DNA of 64,000 bases from Lama glama (lineage: Eukaryota), in assembly GCA_028534125.1 (NCBI GenBank), contig CM052816.1:62126001-62190000 (forward strand). Direction: 5' to 3'. A program made the position numbers and the translations under genes. Position 1 is the stretch's first letter. Every line of letters starts with the position of its first letter. The notes beneath the pieces were generated by a model. That model ran no database searches. It was given only the letters and a program-made list of their open reading frames with translations, and was not told the DNA's origin. Shown here piece after piece: positions 1 through 13,385 of the stretch.

Positions 1-251
1 TAATGACTCAATTGCAATTCCTTCTTTTCCCCTCAATGAAACAGAATGAGTAAAGAAGAGAGAAATGGCCAATGTGTAACCCTCACACTGAGGAAGGAGC
101 AATTAGCCAACCTAAAAGTTATCAAAAGACCAGTTTTTATCATAGCATTAAAATAAACACACTGGAAAGAGATTTGAAGCAGAAAGAGATTTCGAGTGTT
201 ACAGACTAGAATGGAAATCACTATTTCCCTAAGACTCTGAGGACATGTATA

Positions 252-433
252 CAGTTGTCCCTCAGGGTCTCTAAAAGGTTGGTTCCAGGATCTGCCACAG
301 ACACCAAAATCTGAGATGCTCAAGTCTTAGTCGGCTCTCTGTATCTGTGGTTCCGCATCCATGGATTCAAACCACCATAGATTGTAAGCAGAGTACATGA
401 TCTGTGGTTGGTTGAATCTGGAAGGGCCAACTG
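252..433. mobile_element. Tigger-family (TcMar) non-autonomous element, MER2-like
   Basis: Termini CAGTTGTCCCT...AGGGCCAACTG (10/11 inverted match), flanked by TA at 250-251 and 434-435; internal ggttccagga...caccaaaatc...gatgctcaagtc. Confidence 0.8.
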
Positions 434-699
434 TATTTGATTTCTTGAAGGGACTTAGTGAGGTCTTCCCTAGCCCAAGGCCACACCAGAGATACCACTG
501 TTTGGATAAAGAGAGGATTACTCAGCATCTTAAATCTTGGTAGACAGACTTCTTTCTAGTGGTGATAAACAAGAAAGCATACAACAAAGTTGAAAGCATG
601 TACTTAGGTGCATAAAGGATAGCCAGGTAAGGGCTTGGAAATTTCCATTTTTATTCCTATGATGGAATGATTTCCTTTTGTTTCAAAGGGTAGCACAAT

Positions 700-855
700 A
701 GTTCTCCATCCTCACTGTGTTTCAGAATCACCAGGAGTGCCCTCAGATTCTGATTCATTTGGTCCTCGGCAGGATCCATGAGTCTGCATGTTTACTCAGT
801 ATCCTGGATAATTTTGAAGCAGATTGTCTAAGGATTTACACTTTAAGTAGTAATG
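700..855. mobile_element. MER5A-like hAT-Charlie MITE (degenerate)
   Basis: cagaatcacc...cagattctgattca...ctgcatgttta...cacttt motifs. Confidence 0.6.
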
Positions 856-2099
856 ATTTTAGAGTAAAATAGAAATACAAGGAGACTTAATCCCACAAAG
901 GGGAGAAATCAAAGATATTGCCAGGTATATTCTTTTCAGAATTGTACAGACAGGGTTAGGTGCTGAGTGAGGAAAAGGTGTTTATTATTTTTAAAAGAAT
1001 AGGCAGGTGAGGACACAGATCAGAGACTGACAATGAAGACAGGAGGCTGCGCAGACCAAATGAGCTGATCACAGTTAAGAGTTGATGTGCTTTTTGTTTG
1101 TGTGGTCAAGACCAAATACGATAAGGAGAAAAGCTGGATGAGGGAATCCCTTTTACTTTTAAACAGAGAGCTAGCAGAGAAGAATCTTCCTTTCAAATGT
1201 CATTTGTGAAAAGACAAAAAGTAGGAGTGGGTGGCAGGAGACCAGGTGAAAAACCGAGGGATTAGAGAGAGAGGAGGGGTGGAGGTCACTGGGTGTTGAG
1301 GACAATCATCAAGGGAGATTCCAGGGGCAACATGGGCATGAAATACTGCAAGTGTAGCCAGTGCAGAACTAGGGGAAAATGATGCATACCCAGTTGATTC
1401 AACCATGATTAAAAAGAATGAAAATTCTACTCTCTATGCGTGTTCACGTGTGAATGCACGTGTGTGGGCGGGGGGCCGTGCATGAGAACGGAGAGGACAA
1501 GTAAAGACATCAGGCTATGACAGTTGTTTGGGTGTCATCAGTGTCTGAGTATTCAATTTAGTGTTCAGGCATCCGGAGTGTCAAGGGGATAATCTCTCCA
1601 AACATGAAGTAAAGATGGAAACTGTGGAAGTTCAGGCTTCAGAAGGAAAAAGGAAAAAGAAGTAATCTTTCTCTATGGAGAAAATGTTCTCTCTTGGAGC
1701 GATGTTGCATAATCTTAGTTTTAGTTTTGTCTGGTGCATACATATGTGTGTACACAAGCTTTGAATTTTACAGGTACTTTATCATGTCACTTAATTCCTC
1801 CTCAACTGCACGCTCATTTGATTTCAAATCTCTACGTTAGTTGCTTCTTCACCTGAAAGGCCTTTCTTTTTCCTTCCTTACCTGAACCCTATCTTCACAA
1901 CCTTTTTTACAAGATTTTTCCTGAATATTAGAGTTTACTGACCCTTTCTATCTCTGAATTTAAATCATAGACAAAGATTACCTCTGTGCATCCCCCTATT
2001 TCTTGAGCTCAAGCACAAAATGTTTGCATTCACAAGTTCCCCCCAAAATAAGTTATTTGATGAACTAATAAAGAAAATACAGATTGAATCCCAGTGACA

Positions 2100-2570
2100 G
2101 AAACTTTTGGCTTCCTCCTCAGCATCCATTCCATTCCACCCTCTCCCATCATGTAATAGCCACTGGTTGGGTGGAGTTGACTCCTCTTCTAGCTCCACAA
2201 ATGGGCCTAAACCAATCAGTATAATTCCATACCTCTGGCTATAGTGATTGGTTCAAGCGTAGACCCATGGTCTGACCTGTTCCAGTCAGAATGAGGCTCA
2301 AGACATTTGCTAGTCTCTTATGGGAGAAATTCTCTCTGTACATGCATATGTGATGGCAGAAACTGTCGGAATCAGTTTGCTAATGTAGGGAAAGGCAGTT
2401 TGAGGGTAAAGTTGACACTCAGGAGAAGGCAGAGCATCACTCCTGAAGGGAGTCAGAAGTCTGATCAAACCATGCAGAAGCCACTGCCACCTCTGGAGGT
2501 TTCGGTCATTTGAGGCAATATAATCCCTTTATAGTTTAAGCCAAGGAAAGGGGTTTTTTTATTACTCATA
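2100..2570 (+). mobile_element. Old MaLR LTR (MLT1J/K-like)
   Basis: ccaatcag...tgattggttca...ccagtcagaatg and 3' ccctttatagtttaagcca motifs. Confidence 0.6.
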
Positions 2571-2994
2571 TGCCTCCCTATTGTTTGTTGAGTTCCCCCT
2601 GTTTTTATATCTTTGGGACACAATACATGTCTTACAATATTTGTCTTCTTGCAACCAAATATATTTAGGGAAATAGTAGCAATCTTGGGGATTATTTACT
2701 ACCCTAGTAAGATCATTGTGTATTTTTGTTGCTCATGCTGATTCTAACCAAAGTCATGTTCACAAGGGGTAAAATGGTACATTTGAGAACTGTTTCTACC
2801 ACAGATTCTGTTCAAGAGGATCAGTGTTCTTAAGCACTTTGAAAGTCCTGAGATAGACTTCTTTTATTCATTTATATCACACATTTCCTGGACGTTTATA
2901 TCCATTCTAATTGTGTGTCAGTAGACATATGGTACACATAGGCCTTTGCAAAAGATGAGCTTTTGTTTTTCTCAGTGTTTATGGCAAGATATTA

Positions 2995-3180
<186 letters not shown>

Positions 3181-4604
3181 TCACTTATCAGCCATTTGTC
3201 TCAGCTCTGAGAGGGGAAAATGCTCACTGAAGATTCCTTAAAGCCTTGGGTCTAAAATAGAGGATTTCTTGCTTTCAAAGCAATGATCAATGTCACAGTT
3301 CTTACATAAGTGTCTTTCTGTCTAACAGCTCTTAATATTTTTCCCCTTCAGCAGCAGATTTCTGCTGGGAGCTTAAGATTATAAATGTTTTAAGTAATTG
3401 AAAATATCAAACATTTCAATTTAACTTGGAACAAATTTCCAAAATATATTTAAACCATAAGACTATCCTTGCCTGCAAAAAGAGATTAAAAACCCTTATT
3501 TTTAGAGAAACTAATGAAGAACTATTCAATTACCATTTATAAGATAGCTCTTTAATATTAAAGGCCTAGCATAATATGGTTAGAGAGCCCAGATAACAAA
3601 TTATTTTTATCAAGGTCTTTTGTCTCAGTCTAAAGGACTTTCCTTTATTGTTTGCTATGGTTAATTTATGAAAGGCTAAATGTTTTTAATGAAAAATGAA
3701 AAATCTATGAAAAAAGAAAAGTAATAAAATTCTAATAATTCTGCTTAACTTATCTAAAGCTAAGTAAAGACTAAATTTATGCTCTAAAATTTATTTTAAA
3801 GTCCTTGAGCCTTTCTTTATTAACTATGATAAAATGTACAAATATGATAAAACATGGAATAATCACTTTTACTTTTTAAGAGGGGAGAAATTAGTTACTG
3901 ATAGAACTCTTTCTGTGCAACTAAAATAGTGTGTATTGAATAAAGCAAACTAAATAAAAGGGAAAAACTGAGAGAGAGATTAGACATGGAAGAAGTCTAA
4001 AAGTGAACTCTGTCAAATGTCCTGATGTAGTATCTTTACTTCCATCTCCATTCACTTAAAATGCAATGAAATATGACTAAACAACACAGCCTTTGGACTT
4101 GAGTCCTTTGTAAAGTGGTCAGTGGCAAAAATGTTCGGGGCAATTATTGGGAAAAAAGATGGTGCCTTCATTTTTATGTAAGTTCTGGAATCACCTTCAA
4201 AAGAGTTTGCCTTTACACCACACTGTACCATGATAATCAGTTTTCATTTTCAATACTTACTTCGTAGATGAACCAGAGTTTATCTAACAACATGGCTTAT
4301 ATAACACAAGACAATGCTAAATTCTTTGCCTGAGTATGATGCCTTCAAAGTTATTCCACGTCTTTCCTGTGTCAGAACAAAGTGCCTCACAAGAGCTTCA
4401 CATGCAAAATTCGGCTTTGTCTGAAAAATGAGAGACTATGTTACTTTCTCATTTGTGTCTCATGAGTCCAGCCCTAGGCCAACATTGGAAGCAAGTGTAT
4501 CTTTGGCGAAGGTCCCAGATTTTCTTTCAGAGCTTCTTCCTACAGGTGCCTTCCACCCTCAAGCTGTCCTCCTGCGCCCTAGAGTCCTCCCCACCAACCC
4601 TGCG

Positions 4605-4605
<1 letters not shown>

Positions 4606-4637
<32 letters not shown>
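4606..4637. repeat. (CA)16 microsatellite
   Basis: Read directly. Confidence 0.98.
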
Positions 4638-4638
<1 letters not shown>

Positions 4639-6442
4639 CGTCTCATTATTTCATATCATCTTCAGCCTTTCAAAACGCCTCTGCCTGTCTCCTCCCTTCC
4701 TCTCATGGCTCTGCTAAACTCTGAAGGAATCGTGGGCATCAGTGGTTCATCTAATAAAAAGTGTTCCTGGTATACTATCTGCTAATACATTGATTTTAAT
4801 AGAAAAATCTGAAGATAACGTCTTATCGCAAAGGCAGGCTAGTGGGAAAATATTTTAAGGCAGACTGGTCTTTCCCGTGCTGCTTCATCATCCCAGTCAT
4901 AGCTGCTTGCTTTCACCTACGCATAACATTGGCCCTGGTGGCTCATATGCAGATGAAAAAAAAAAAAGCTATAATGAGTCTGTGGTGTGTAGTGTACAGC
5001 TGATGAATGGGACAATTAGCCAGTGCAGGATCATTCCAAGCCATGCAGTCTTCTTATTTTCAGAAGTACAAAATATGTGCCTAGTGGCTTGGTTCCAAAA
5101 ATATGCAAACTTCATATATAGATGACATTTTATGTAATTTAAACAAATGATTACTGTAGTAACATATCTTAAATGCCAATATATACATTTTTTTTACAGT
5201 TGTACAGTGAGAGATAAAGCAGTGTATTAAGTGCTTCTGACAAAAGGCAAGTCAGAACAGAGATTAAAATGCCTAATTCATACCATTTCCTTGGGTGCTG
5301 TCTTCCTAATGCCTCTGGAACCAATGGAGATTCTAGAAACTTGGAACCATTTTGCTCTTCCTAACTGTTAGGGAAAGAAACTGAACAGGGGCCACCAGAA
5401 ATACAATCAGTCTAACAAAAATTAATTGATGCTAAAGTTGTCATAAATTTTCTGGTGAGAAAATTCATACATATGCTCGTAGATTATCCTTTAATATCTT
5501 AGGAAATTGAAGTGTAGAGAAAGAAAGGGGCTAGTTAAAGAGCAGTGGAGAAGTTACGATACCTTTTATGTTAGTGTTTCAAATGCCTTGACTGGGTTAC
5601 ACTAGCCTCAGGACTTGTACAGTTCATTTCCCCCACTTTAGCACTCTAAGCTGTATTACTGCTACAAATTACCAAAAGCTTATTAAAAGACAAATTGTCA
5701 AATGGGTTATAATACGTCTAATGTCATGAGCAGTGGACTGAAATATATTTTTGAGAAGCATTATGGGCATCTAGGTTATTTTCACGACAAGGGAGCAAGA
5801 GTTAGAGCCTGGAGAAAGGAGAAAAAGTCAAGAAAACAGCGATGTAGAAGCTGGAAACTTCCTGGGGATAAATGGTAAAACCTGAGGAGGATTTTACGTG
5901 AAAACAAAATTAGGGCTGTAGTCTTCCTCCAGGAACTGAAGCAACTTAGCTTGGAGGTAACTTCACCACACGTTACTGACGCTTAGTCTAAGGCGATTCA
6001 CTCTTATTAATCAGATTTAGGTCTGTGAGAGTTAACCCTGAGGTGACGCTCATTTAATTCAGTGAAAGAAATTTTGTAAGTTGTGACTAGGTGTGATTAT
6101 TTATTTTTCCACTGAGCATAAGTCAAGCTCACCTGATCATTTTGATTAATTTAAAAGCCTAAGTATTAATAGAAAATATATCCTAAAGATTAACTTCAAT
6201 AATATTTCAGTGATTTAGAGCTCAAATTGAGTCCCAAAACATGTAAAATCACTGCCAGATTATGAATCTTTCCATCAGCACCTTAAAGATGAGAATCAGG
6301 ATTCAGTGTCTTAATCATATGACTTCAGAGACCTGACCTGGTGTAGTAAGGGGGACATGAACACAGACGTTGCCTAAGTTGCCCTTTAGTACTGGAAATG
6401 CTCTCTATTGTGGATACTCTTATTTTGTAATTCAAAAGTAAT

Positions 6443-7345
6443 ATGATGAACACCCACCAGAATGGCTAAAATTAAATAGACTGACAATGTCAAATGTTGC
6501 TAATGATGTGAAAAACAGAAGCTCTCATACACTGTTAGTGGGAGTTAAAATGGTAATACTCCTTTGAAAAAAGTTCTGGATGTTCCTTTTAAAACAAAAC
6601 ATATACCTCTCTAAGACCTGAAAATTCTATTTCTAGGTATTTACCCAAGAGAAATAAAAACCTATTCACAAAAAGGTCTTTTTAAGAGTATTCATAGTAG
6701 TCTTATTTAGAATAACTAAAAACTGGAAATAGCCTGGGTATCTGTCAAGAGGAAAGTGAATAAAGAAACTAGAATACTGCAAGTCACCTATACTTCAGTT
6801 AAAAAAAAGAAACTAGAACATTCCTATAATGGAATAATACTTGATAATTAAAAGGGGTAAGCTCCAGATACACAAAACAACACGAAAGCCTCTTAAACAC
6901 ACAATCTGTGGTGAGAAAACCCTTATGCTGTGTGACTCCATTTATACGAAGTTCTAGGGCGGGTAAAACTCATCCATGATGATAAATACTAGAACTTTGG
7001 AGGGGAGGGGCATGGGGAGAGGAGACTTTCTAGGGTGAGGGTAATATTCCATATCTGGATAGAAGTTTGAGTTACATGGGTGTGCACATTTGGCAAAACT
7101 TAATTGAATGGTACACTCGATTTGTGCATTTGATTAGATGCAAATTTCACTTAAAAAGAAACCCATAAGCAAATACTGAACCGCACTTAATGATTGGCAT
7201 GCTGAACAGTTTAGGTATAAAGTTTGCTGATGTCTGCAACTTCAGGAAAATAATTTGGATTGCTGGTTTGATAGAGGGGCAAACATATGGGTAGATATGT
7301 GGTAAAGAAAATGTAACTTAGCTGTAGACTCTAGGTGGCAGGCAT
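6443..7345 (+). mobile_element. Old L1 (L1M-type) ORF2 end/3'UTR fragment
   Basis: cacccaccagaatggctaaaatt...ctaggtatttacccaagagaaataaaa...tgactccatttatacgaagttc. Confidence 0.8.
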
Positions 7346-7629
7346 TTACCTGAAGTCCCAGGATTTACAATTCCCCGAGAAGTTACATGGCAAACATTGA
7401 ACAGAACAACTGGAAGCTTTATGACAAATAAGGTCGAGTTCAGGAGTCAGCACACTGGGGGTTTTGGCTATGACGTGCCTTTGCTCTGCATCTGTCTGCT
7501 CTTTTGCCAAGGTTGCCAGACTTTGGCATTCCGTGCAGCTGCTAATAGCTTCTTAAAACCCAGCAAAATGTTAGTTATTTTCAATGTCTGTCCTTAATGT
7601 AATGGTTTATATATTTAGTTGAAGGCAGC

Positions 7630-7870
7630 CAGACATAATGAAAGGAAAATGGGTTCCGGAGTCAGAAAACTTTCTTCTAAATATAGACTTTGCTGCTTAG
7701 ATTTGTGAGTGGTCCAAAAAAAAAAAAAAAACAAAACAAACCACTATAACTTATCTGAGACTCAGTTTCCTCCACTGTGAAACATGCATAAAACTATTCA
7801 CAACTGAAGTATCCCAAGGTTGTCGCAAGGATCCAATGAGATCACGTCCAGGAAAACAAGTAAAAACTGC
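7630..7870 (+). mobile_element. MIR SINE interrupted by a poly-A tract
   Basis: ggagtcagaa...tctgagactcagtttcctccactgtgaaa core. Confidence 0.7.
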
Positions 7871-8521
7871 GAAGGATTGTTAGAAGTTGACTGCAATCCA
7901 TCTAAGCACGTAAAAGTGTTTACTTAGCCTTATGCTTGTATATAGTCTTAGTATTAAAAATTCTCTGCTATTCTGTAACATTATTTGTTTACAGCTCCCA
8001 AGTATGGAGCTGAAGGCGACTTTGGTTAAATAAACATGCCATTAGGCTGAGAAAGAAAGGTGCGACCCCATTGACAACCACTCGGCATTTCACAGACTTC
8101 AGCGATGACAGATCAACACTTGCGGTGTGTCAGCTGGCGGAGATGGAAACCAGAGCTCCTGTTGCAGCAAATCTCTCCAAGACTCTCTTTGCAGAATCAG
8201 TTCTGTTGTTGCTGATTAAGTCAAATGATGAGGAAAGACCCATGAAGCCAAAGGGAATGATACCCTTTGCTTGATTTTTCAGAGCAAATTGCTAGGGAGG
8301 AAAGGGATTACTTGACTTACGCAAGGATCCTGAGCTCCAGGGTTTCTCTTTAAATACCTCTGGAGTTTCCTGTCGGAGGAGTTCCACTTACAAGCATGCC
8401 CTCATTTTTGTGCCAAATTCAGTGACGGCTTCAGAGCCCAGCCTTCATGTGGTTTCATGAAGGAGACTTCTCAAGGCAGCTCTGTGAGTTTACACGATCC
8501 GTGCACAGTCAGAGGGCAGAG

Positions 8522-8524
<3 letters not shown>

Positions 8525-8561
<37 letters not shown>

Positions 8562-8571
8562 AGTGTGTGTG
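8525..8571. repeat. (GT)17 microsatellite with imperfect extension
   Basis: Read directly. Confidence 0.98.
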
Positions 8572-11389
8572 ACCCAGTGATTAGTCTAGGTTTCAAATTC
8601 TTAAATGTCATTATAGGGTCTATCCAAGTTCATAGCACAGAACCACTATAATCTTTTATACTAAACTAAGCCCTGCAAGAGAAAGAGGAACCCAGTTAAT
8701 CAGGACAGAAACAAGACATTTTTCAGGGTGTCCGTATATATAATAGTTGACTTTCCTCATTGTCTCCGTTTTTCTCATAACCTTTCGCTAGCAAATTTTT
8801 ATAAAACTTGTGTTTTAGGTAGTAGCCTCCTGCATTTTCGTCACAGCATGTTGTAGCAAGTTTGTCCCCCACCCCCGGAGTCTTTGAAGAAGTAACTGCA
8901 GTGATTCCCCTCACTGCACAGCACATCGCTCATGGGAACACGCGGCTTAGTGACTTGGTCGTCCCTGAACACGCATCGGGATTGAACTCTGCCCTGGAGC
9001 TATTCGGGTTCAGTCAGAAATGAATCTTGACTTTTATAAAGGGCAAAATGAAACATGTAGTGCAATGGGGTAGTCTTTTGGTGGCGACTTTGGGTCCCTT
9101 ATGCAAAGTAATGGGCCTCAGAGGGGCAGCCCCTTTCATGATTTAGGGCCATATTCTGGTCTTCATCTCCCTGTTGGTTTTCACTTGCCCTCTGGCTGAA
9201 CCTTCGACGTGTCCCCATGACCCAGTTGGGAGAGTTGATAAATACTGGGTAGCATTACCAAGTCATTTTTTTCCCATTTAACGAGTAAAAACTATATTGA
9301 AACACATTTAAACACTTAAAAAAATCAATAGCCTTCTATTTCCTGACATTATGATACTTATAATGAAATAAGACTAAAAATATTACTACGGAATTGTAAA
9401 TCATCTTTTATTTATCTTCAGTGTTACTGGTTAAGGCATTCCTGGGGAGAGCTGGGAATAGGTCGTGACCTTTGTGGTGATTCTCAAGGGCCTTTCTGGG
9501 CAGTTCCCAGCGGGTTAGAGGTTGATGGCGTTAGTGACCTGCACATCATAACTTTCTTCCTTGATACTTGAAACTCATTCTTATCGATCAAGACAAAACT
9601 AGCATTTGCAAAGCAATATTTCTTCACTCTCCAAAATAACATATCTTATTTTGTCTTGGCCTCTTCCCCCACCCTTCTATCCCTTTTGGCTCGAGAGCCT
9701 TTTGGCCTTTCCCTTTTCCCCTCTGATTTCCTCAATGTTTTTCTCTTTATGGTCTCTGGCTGGGAGTCATATGGGGTTTGCAAATGGCAGTGTAGGTCCT
9801 GCTTTACCAGGTCTGGTGATTCTGACAGTTAGCAGCCCGTGGCTGATGGAGTCAGAGTCTTGGATTCTTGCATCTCTGCTGAGATGACAGTCAAGCATGG
9901 TGGGTCACATGGCTACCACGCAGCCCAGCCCCATTGACTATAGCTGGGATCAGCTTATTGTATATACAGCATGTACACATTGATGTTTAAATGAAAGAAA
10001 CATATATGTGCTTCCACATTTTAACTGGAAAATATTTTTTGCCTCAAAAAGCAAGATTTTCAACCTCTAAGGCTCAGTTTTCACCTGACAGCAATGATCT
10101 TCAAAGATCAATCATTCATTTATCATGTGTTATACTGGAAAGAATTCAACTCATTAATTTTCATTATATTCAAAGTCTGGGTTATTAATTGCAGCAAGCA
10201 GTTAATTCCTGCTTTTATCCACCAAAATTTTAGGGCTCAACATATTAAACTGTTGGTTTTTCTAAATCACATTAAGCCCAGCATTCTTAGTTATGTCATT
10301 AAGTGAGACGATGTTGTATCTCTCTTTGGCTAAAGCTCTAGGCCTCATCAGTATTGCCAAATCAATGACATGACTTTAAAACAACCTGAGATAATTGGGC
10401 TGACTGAATTTAATACATTCAATTAATCCAAAAGAGAATTTTTGACTTAAAAAAAAGGAATTTCCTCATATCATTAAATTGTCACAGCACAAAACATTGA
10501 TCAATACTTTAATATCTAATGATGACATTTCAGAGTAGTTATATATACTAATATGTCTAGCCATAGACTAACTCATTGTCAAATTCATTGTGTTTGTGCC
10601 TTCCCCTTACATGTGAGAGACTGTTGATCGAGAGTGATGGTCCAAGGGGTGACAAAAGTCCAAAGCATGGCCTGAAATTATTTTTTTCAGGCTCACAAAA
10701 AGATGGAACCAGGAAGGCTGTTTGGGGAGGGTTTAGGAATAGGGTAGAAAGATGGCATGTGTTTATCATATAAATAACAGTGGCAAAAACATAGAGCTTC
10801 TTCCAGGCACAGGAGCTTCAGAGCTGCCAGTTTAGCTCTCTGGCTCATTGTTCAATTTACATCAAAGATTTTGAGAAGAGTTAGAACTTTTTTAGCATTC
10901 TGCAGTCTACTTTTCCAACTTCAGACTCCTACCCAACACTGGAGGTTCTTTAAATACTCTGCCTAATAGGATTCTGTGATGTTGTTCTGTCTTCCTATTG
11001 GTGTGCAATGATCATTTGTATTTTTTGCATAACTCTCAAAAGATGACATTTCATGCCAATATGGAAATGTGCATTTCTGAGACAGATGTAACAGCTATTT
11101 TCTACAAAAAAGCAAAAGCTTTATGCAAACAGAAGAGATCAGTATCTATACACATAGAAAATGCCGCATTCTACCATGAGTTTTTTCCCTGGACTATAAA
11201 TTACTTGAGGCCAGAAAGTTGATTTTATTTACCTCTGTAAGCTCCACCTCTTAACAGATTGTCTGGTATCTAGTAGGGTCTCGGTTAAACCCTTTCCCAG
11301 GGCAGCTTTAAAAGGAGCACCTAGATGCTATGAAGAAATGGAAGGCTGGGATTACAGTGCTGGTCCTGCCATCACCAGCTCCATTTTAT

Positions 11390-11523
11390 GGGGGAGGGAG
11401 GGTATAGCTCAGCAGCAGAGGGTGTGCCTAGCATGCACAAGGTCCTGTGTTCAATGCAAGCACCTCCATCAAAGATAAATAAATTAAAACCTAATTACCT
11501 TCTAAAATTTAAAAAGTTGAGCA
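11390..11523 (+). mobile_element. tRNA-derived camelid SINE (vic-1-like) with 13-bp TSD
   Basis: gggtatagctcag...gcatgcacaaggtcctgtgttcaat...cctccat, A-rich linker, cctaattacc; TSD accagctccattt at 11374-11386 and 11524-11536. Confidence 0.85.
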
Positions 11524-11694
11524 ACCAGCTCCATTTCACAATTAGAGATCAATTTCTTAAGAATTTCTTTTCTTGCAGCCTTCTTTTTTCCTTTAAACTG
11601 TTTTATAATAGTAATACATATTAACAGACATTTTACACAGATAAGTAAAAAAAGGAAAAGATGACTTATACGAATACCAGAGATAGTCATTATT

Positions 11695-11865
11695 TTTTTA
11701 ATTTTTTAATTTTTAATTTTTTAAACTTAAAAAATTTAATCAGTTTTTTTTTTTTGGATGGGGCGGTAATTAGGTATTTATTTCAATGGAGGTACTGGGG
11801 ATTGAACCCAGGACCTCATGCATGCTAAGCATGGCAGTCTACCACTGAGTTATACCCTTCCCCCC
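11695..11865 (-). mobile_element. vic-1-like SINE
   Basis: Reverse complement gggtataactcagtggtagac...ggtcctgggttcaatccccagtacctcc (A and B boxes); T-rich tail on the left. Confidence 0.88.
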
Positions 11866-12254
11866 AGAGGTAGCCTTTATTAACATTTTGATTTATTTCC
11901 TTCTGGATTAATATCCCCAAGAGCAAGAAGTTTTATTCATTATTTCTGTTTCCCGAGCACCTAGCAGAATGCCTGGATCATGGAGACTCTCAGTCCATGT
12001 TTGCTGAAATGAATCAGACTGAACACTCAAGGCAGACCGTATATGAGTCCACGTGCTACATGTAGTGTTCTCAAAGGAGCAAGGCTGGGAACGTCAGAGT
12101 GGTCAAGTCAGGGAAGGAAGCAACAGTAATATGACTACTGGAGGAGGAGGGTCTGCTTTGCTGCAGTGGCTCACGTCCTTTCAAGGAAGGAAGAAATATT
12201 AGCATAAAGACCACTTTCCCACCTCCATATGAAGCATAAGTGGTCCTGCGTCCA

Positions 12255-12420
12255 ACAGTTCGGGGTTTAGCTCTTGATTTCATTATTTTTAACTGTGTGA
12301 CCTTGGGAAACCTCCTTAACCTCTCAGTGCCTCAAAAACTGAATTAGGAAAATAATACTTCGTTCACAGCTTTAATGAAAAGATTTAAGTGAAATAATAT
12401 ATGGGAATTATATGGTCATA
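12255..12420 (+). mobile_element. MIR
   Basis: ctgtgtgaccttgggaaacctccttaacctctcagtgcctca core. Confidence 0.75.
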
Positions 12421-13167
12421 ACAAGCACAAATGAGTGGGGGAAGTGTTCAGGGAGGCAATTCTGCACATGAGACCCAGACATCTTTACAACTTATGGGCT
12501 TTTTCCTCCTACTTAATAGTTAATTCAAGTAATATTTATTGATTTCCTGCTATTTAAAAAGAGTGAATCTGGAGGAAAAAAAAAAAGGAAAGCATTACTT
12601 TTTCCAGAGTCCTTTTTTAAGAGTTTATGGAAACTCCCGTTATTATCCTATGGTGTTTTTATTTGAAAATGACATATTGTAAAGTCTCCTCTAAGCCACA
12701 TTACTTTTTCTGAACACTGATGGAAAACTTGCTGTCTTTTATTGTTTTTTCGATGTGGTTTCATTTTACTGCCATCAGATTTTCAACTAAATGGCTCTGA
12801 CTTGGAGCTCTACACGTAATTCTTTTTTCTTTCTTAATGATGAAGTATAATGTACCATTAGGTGAAGCAGAGTAAAAGGACCCTGCACCCCTGCCAACAG
12901 TTAGCTGGAGACCAGAAATAGCTCTTCCAAGCAGACAGACATATGGGCAGGAGGAGATAGTGATGAACAAATGTTTAGGTCAGTCTCTCCAATAGAGACA
13001 TTACTTCTGATTTTCAACTAGTATAAATTATGTAAGATCATTAGCCTTTAGCTAGGAAGGAAAAAAAACATGGTTGTGGGCTACACTATCTAAGGACTCA
13101 AGGTAAGAAGACGCTTTATTATTTCTTGGCGTTTGATTCAGCATTAGCAAAGTGCAGTATCATAGAA

Positions 13168-13385
13168 TATTTACTGGATGTTTGCTGGGTGTCAGCTGCC
13201 ATGCCAAGCACTTACATCTCAGTTAATTCTCCCAGTGAGTCTATGAAGTAGTTCCTATCCTTACCCTTACTTTAGAGATTGAAGGAAATGAGGCATAGAA
13301 GAGGTTCAGAAACTTGCTCAAGTTCACGCAAGTAGTAAACACCGTGATAAGACTCAAACCTGCATTTACGCTTTGAACTACTTTG
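13168..13385 (-). mobile_element. MIR
   Basis: ggaaatgaggcatagaagaggttcagaaacttgctcaagttcac. Confidence 0.7.
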
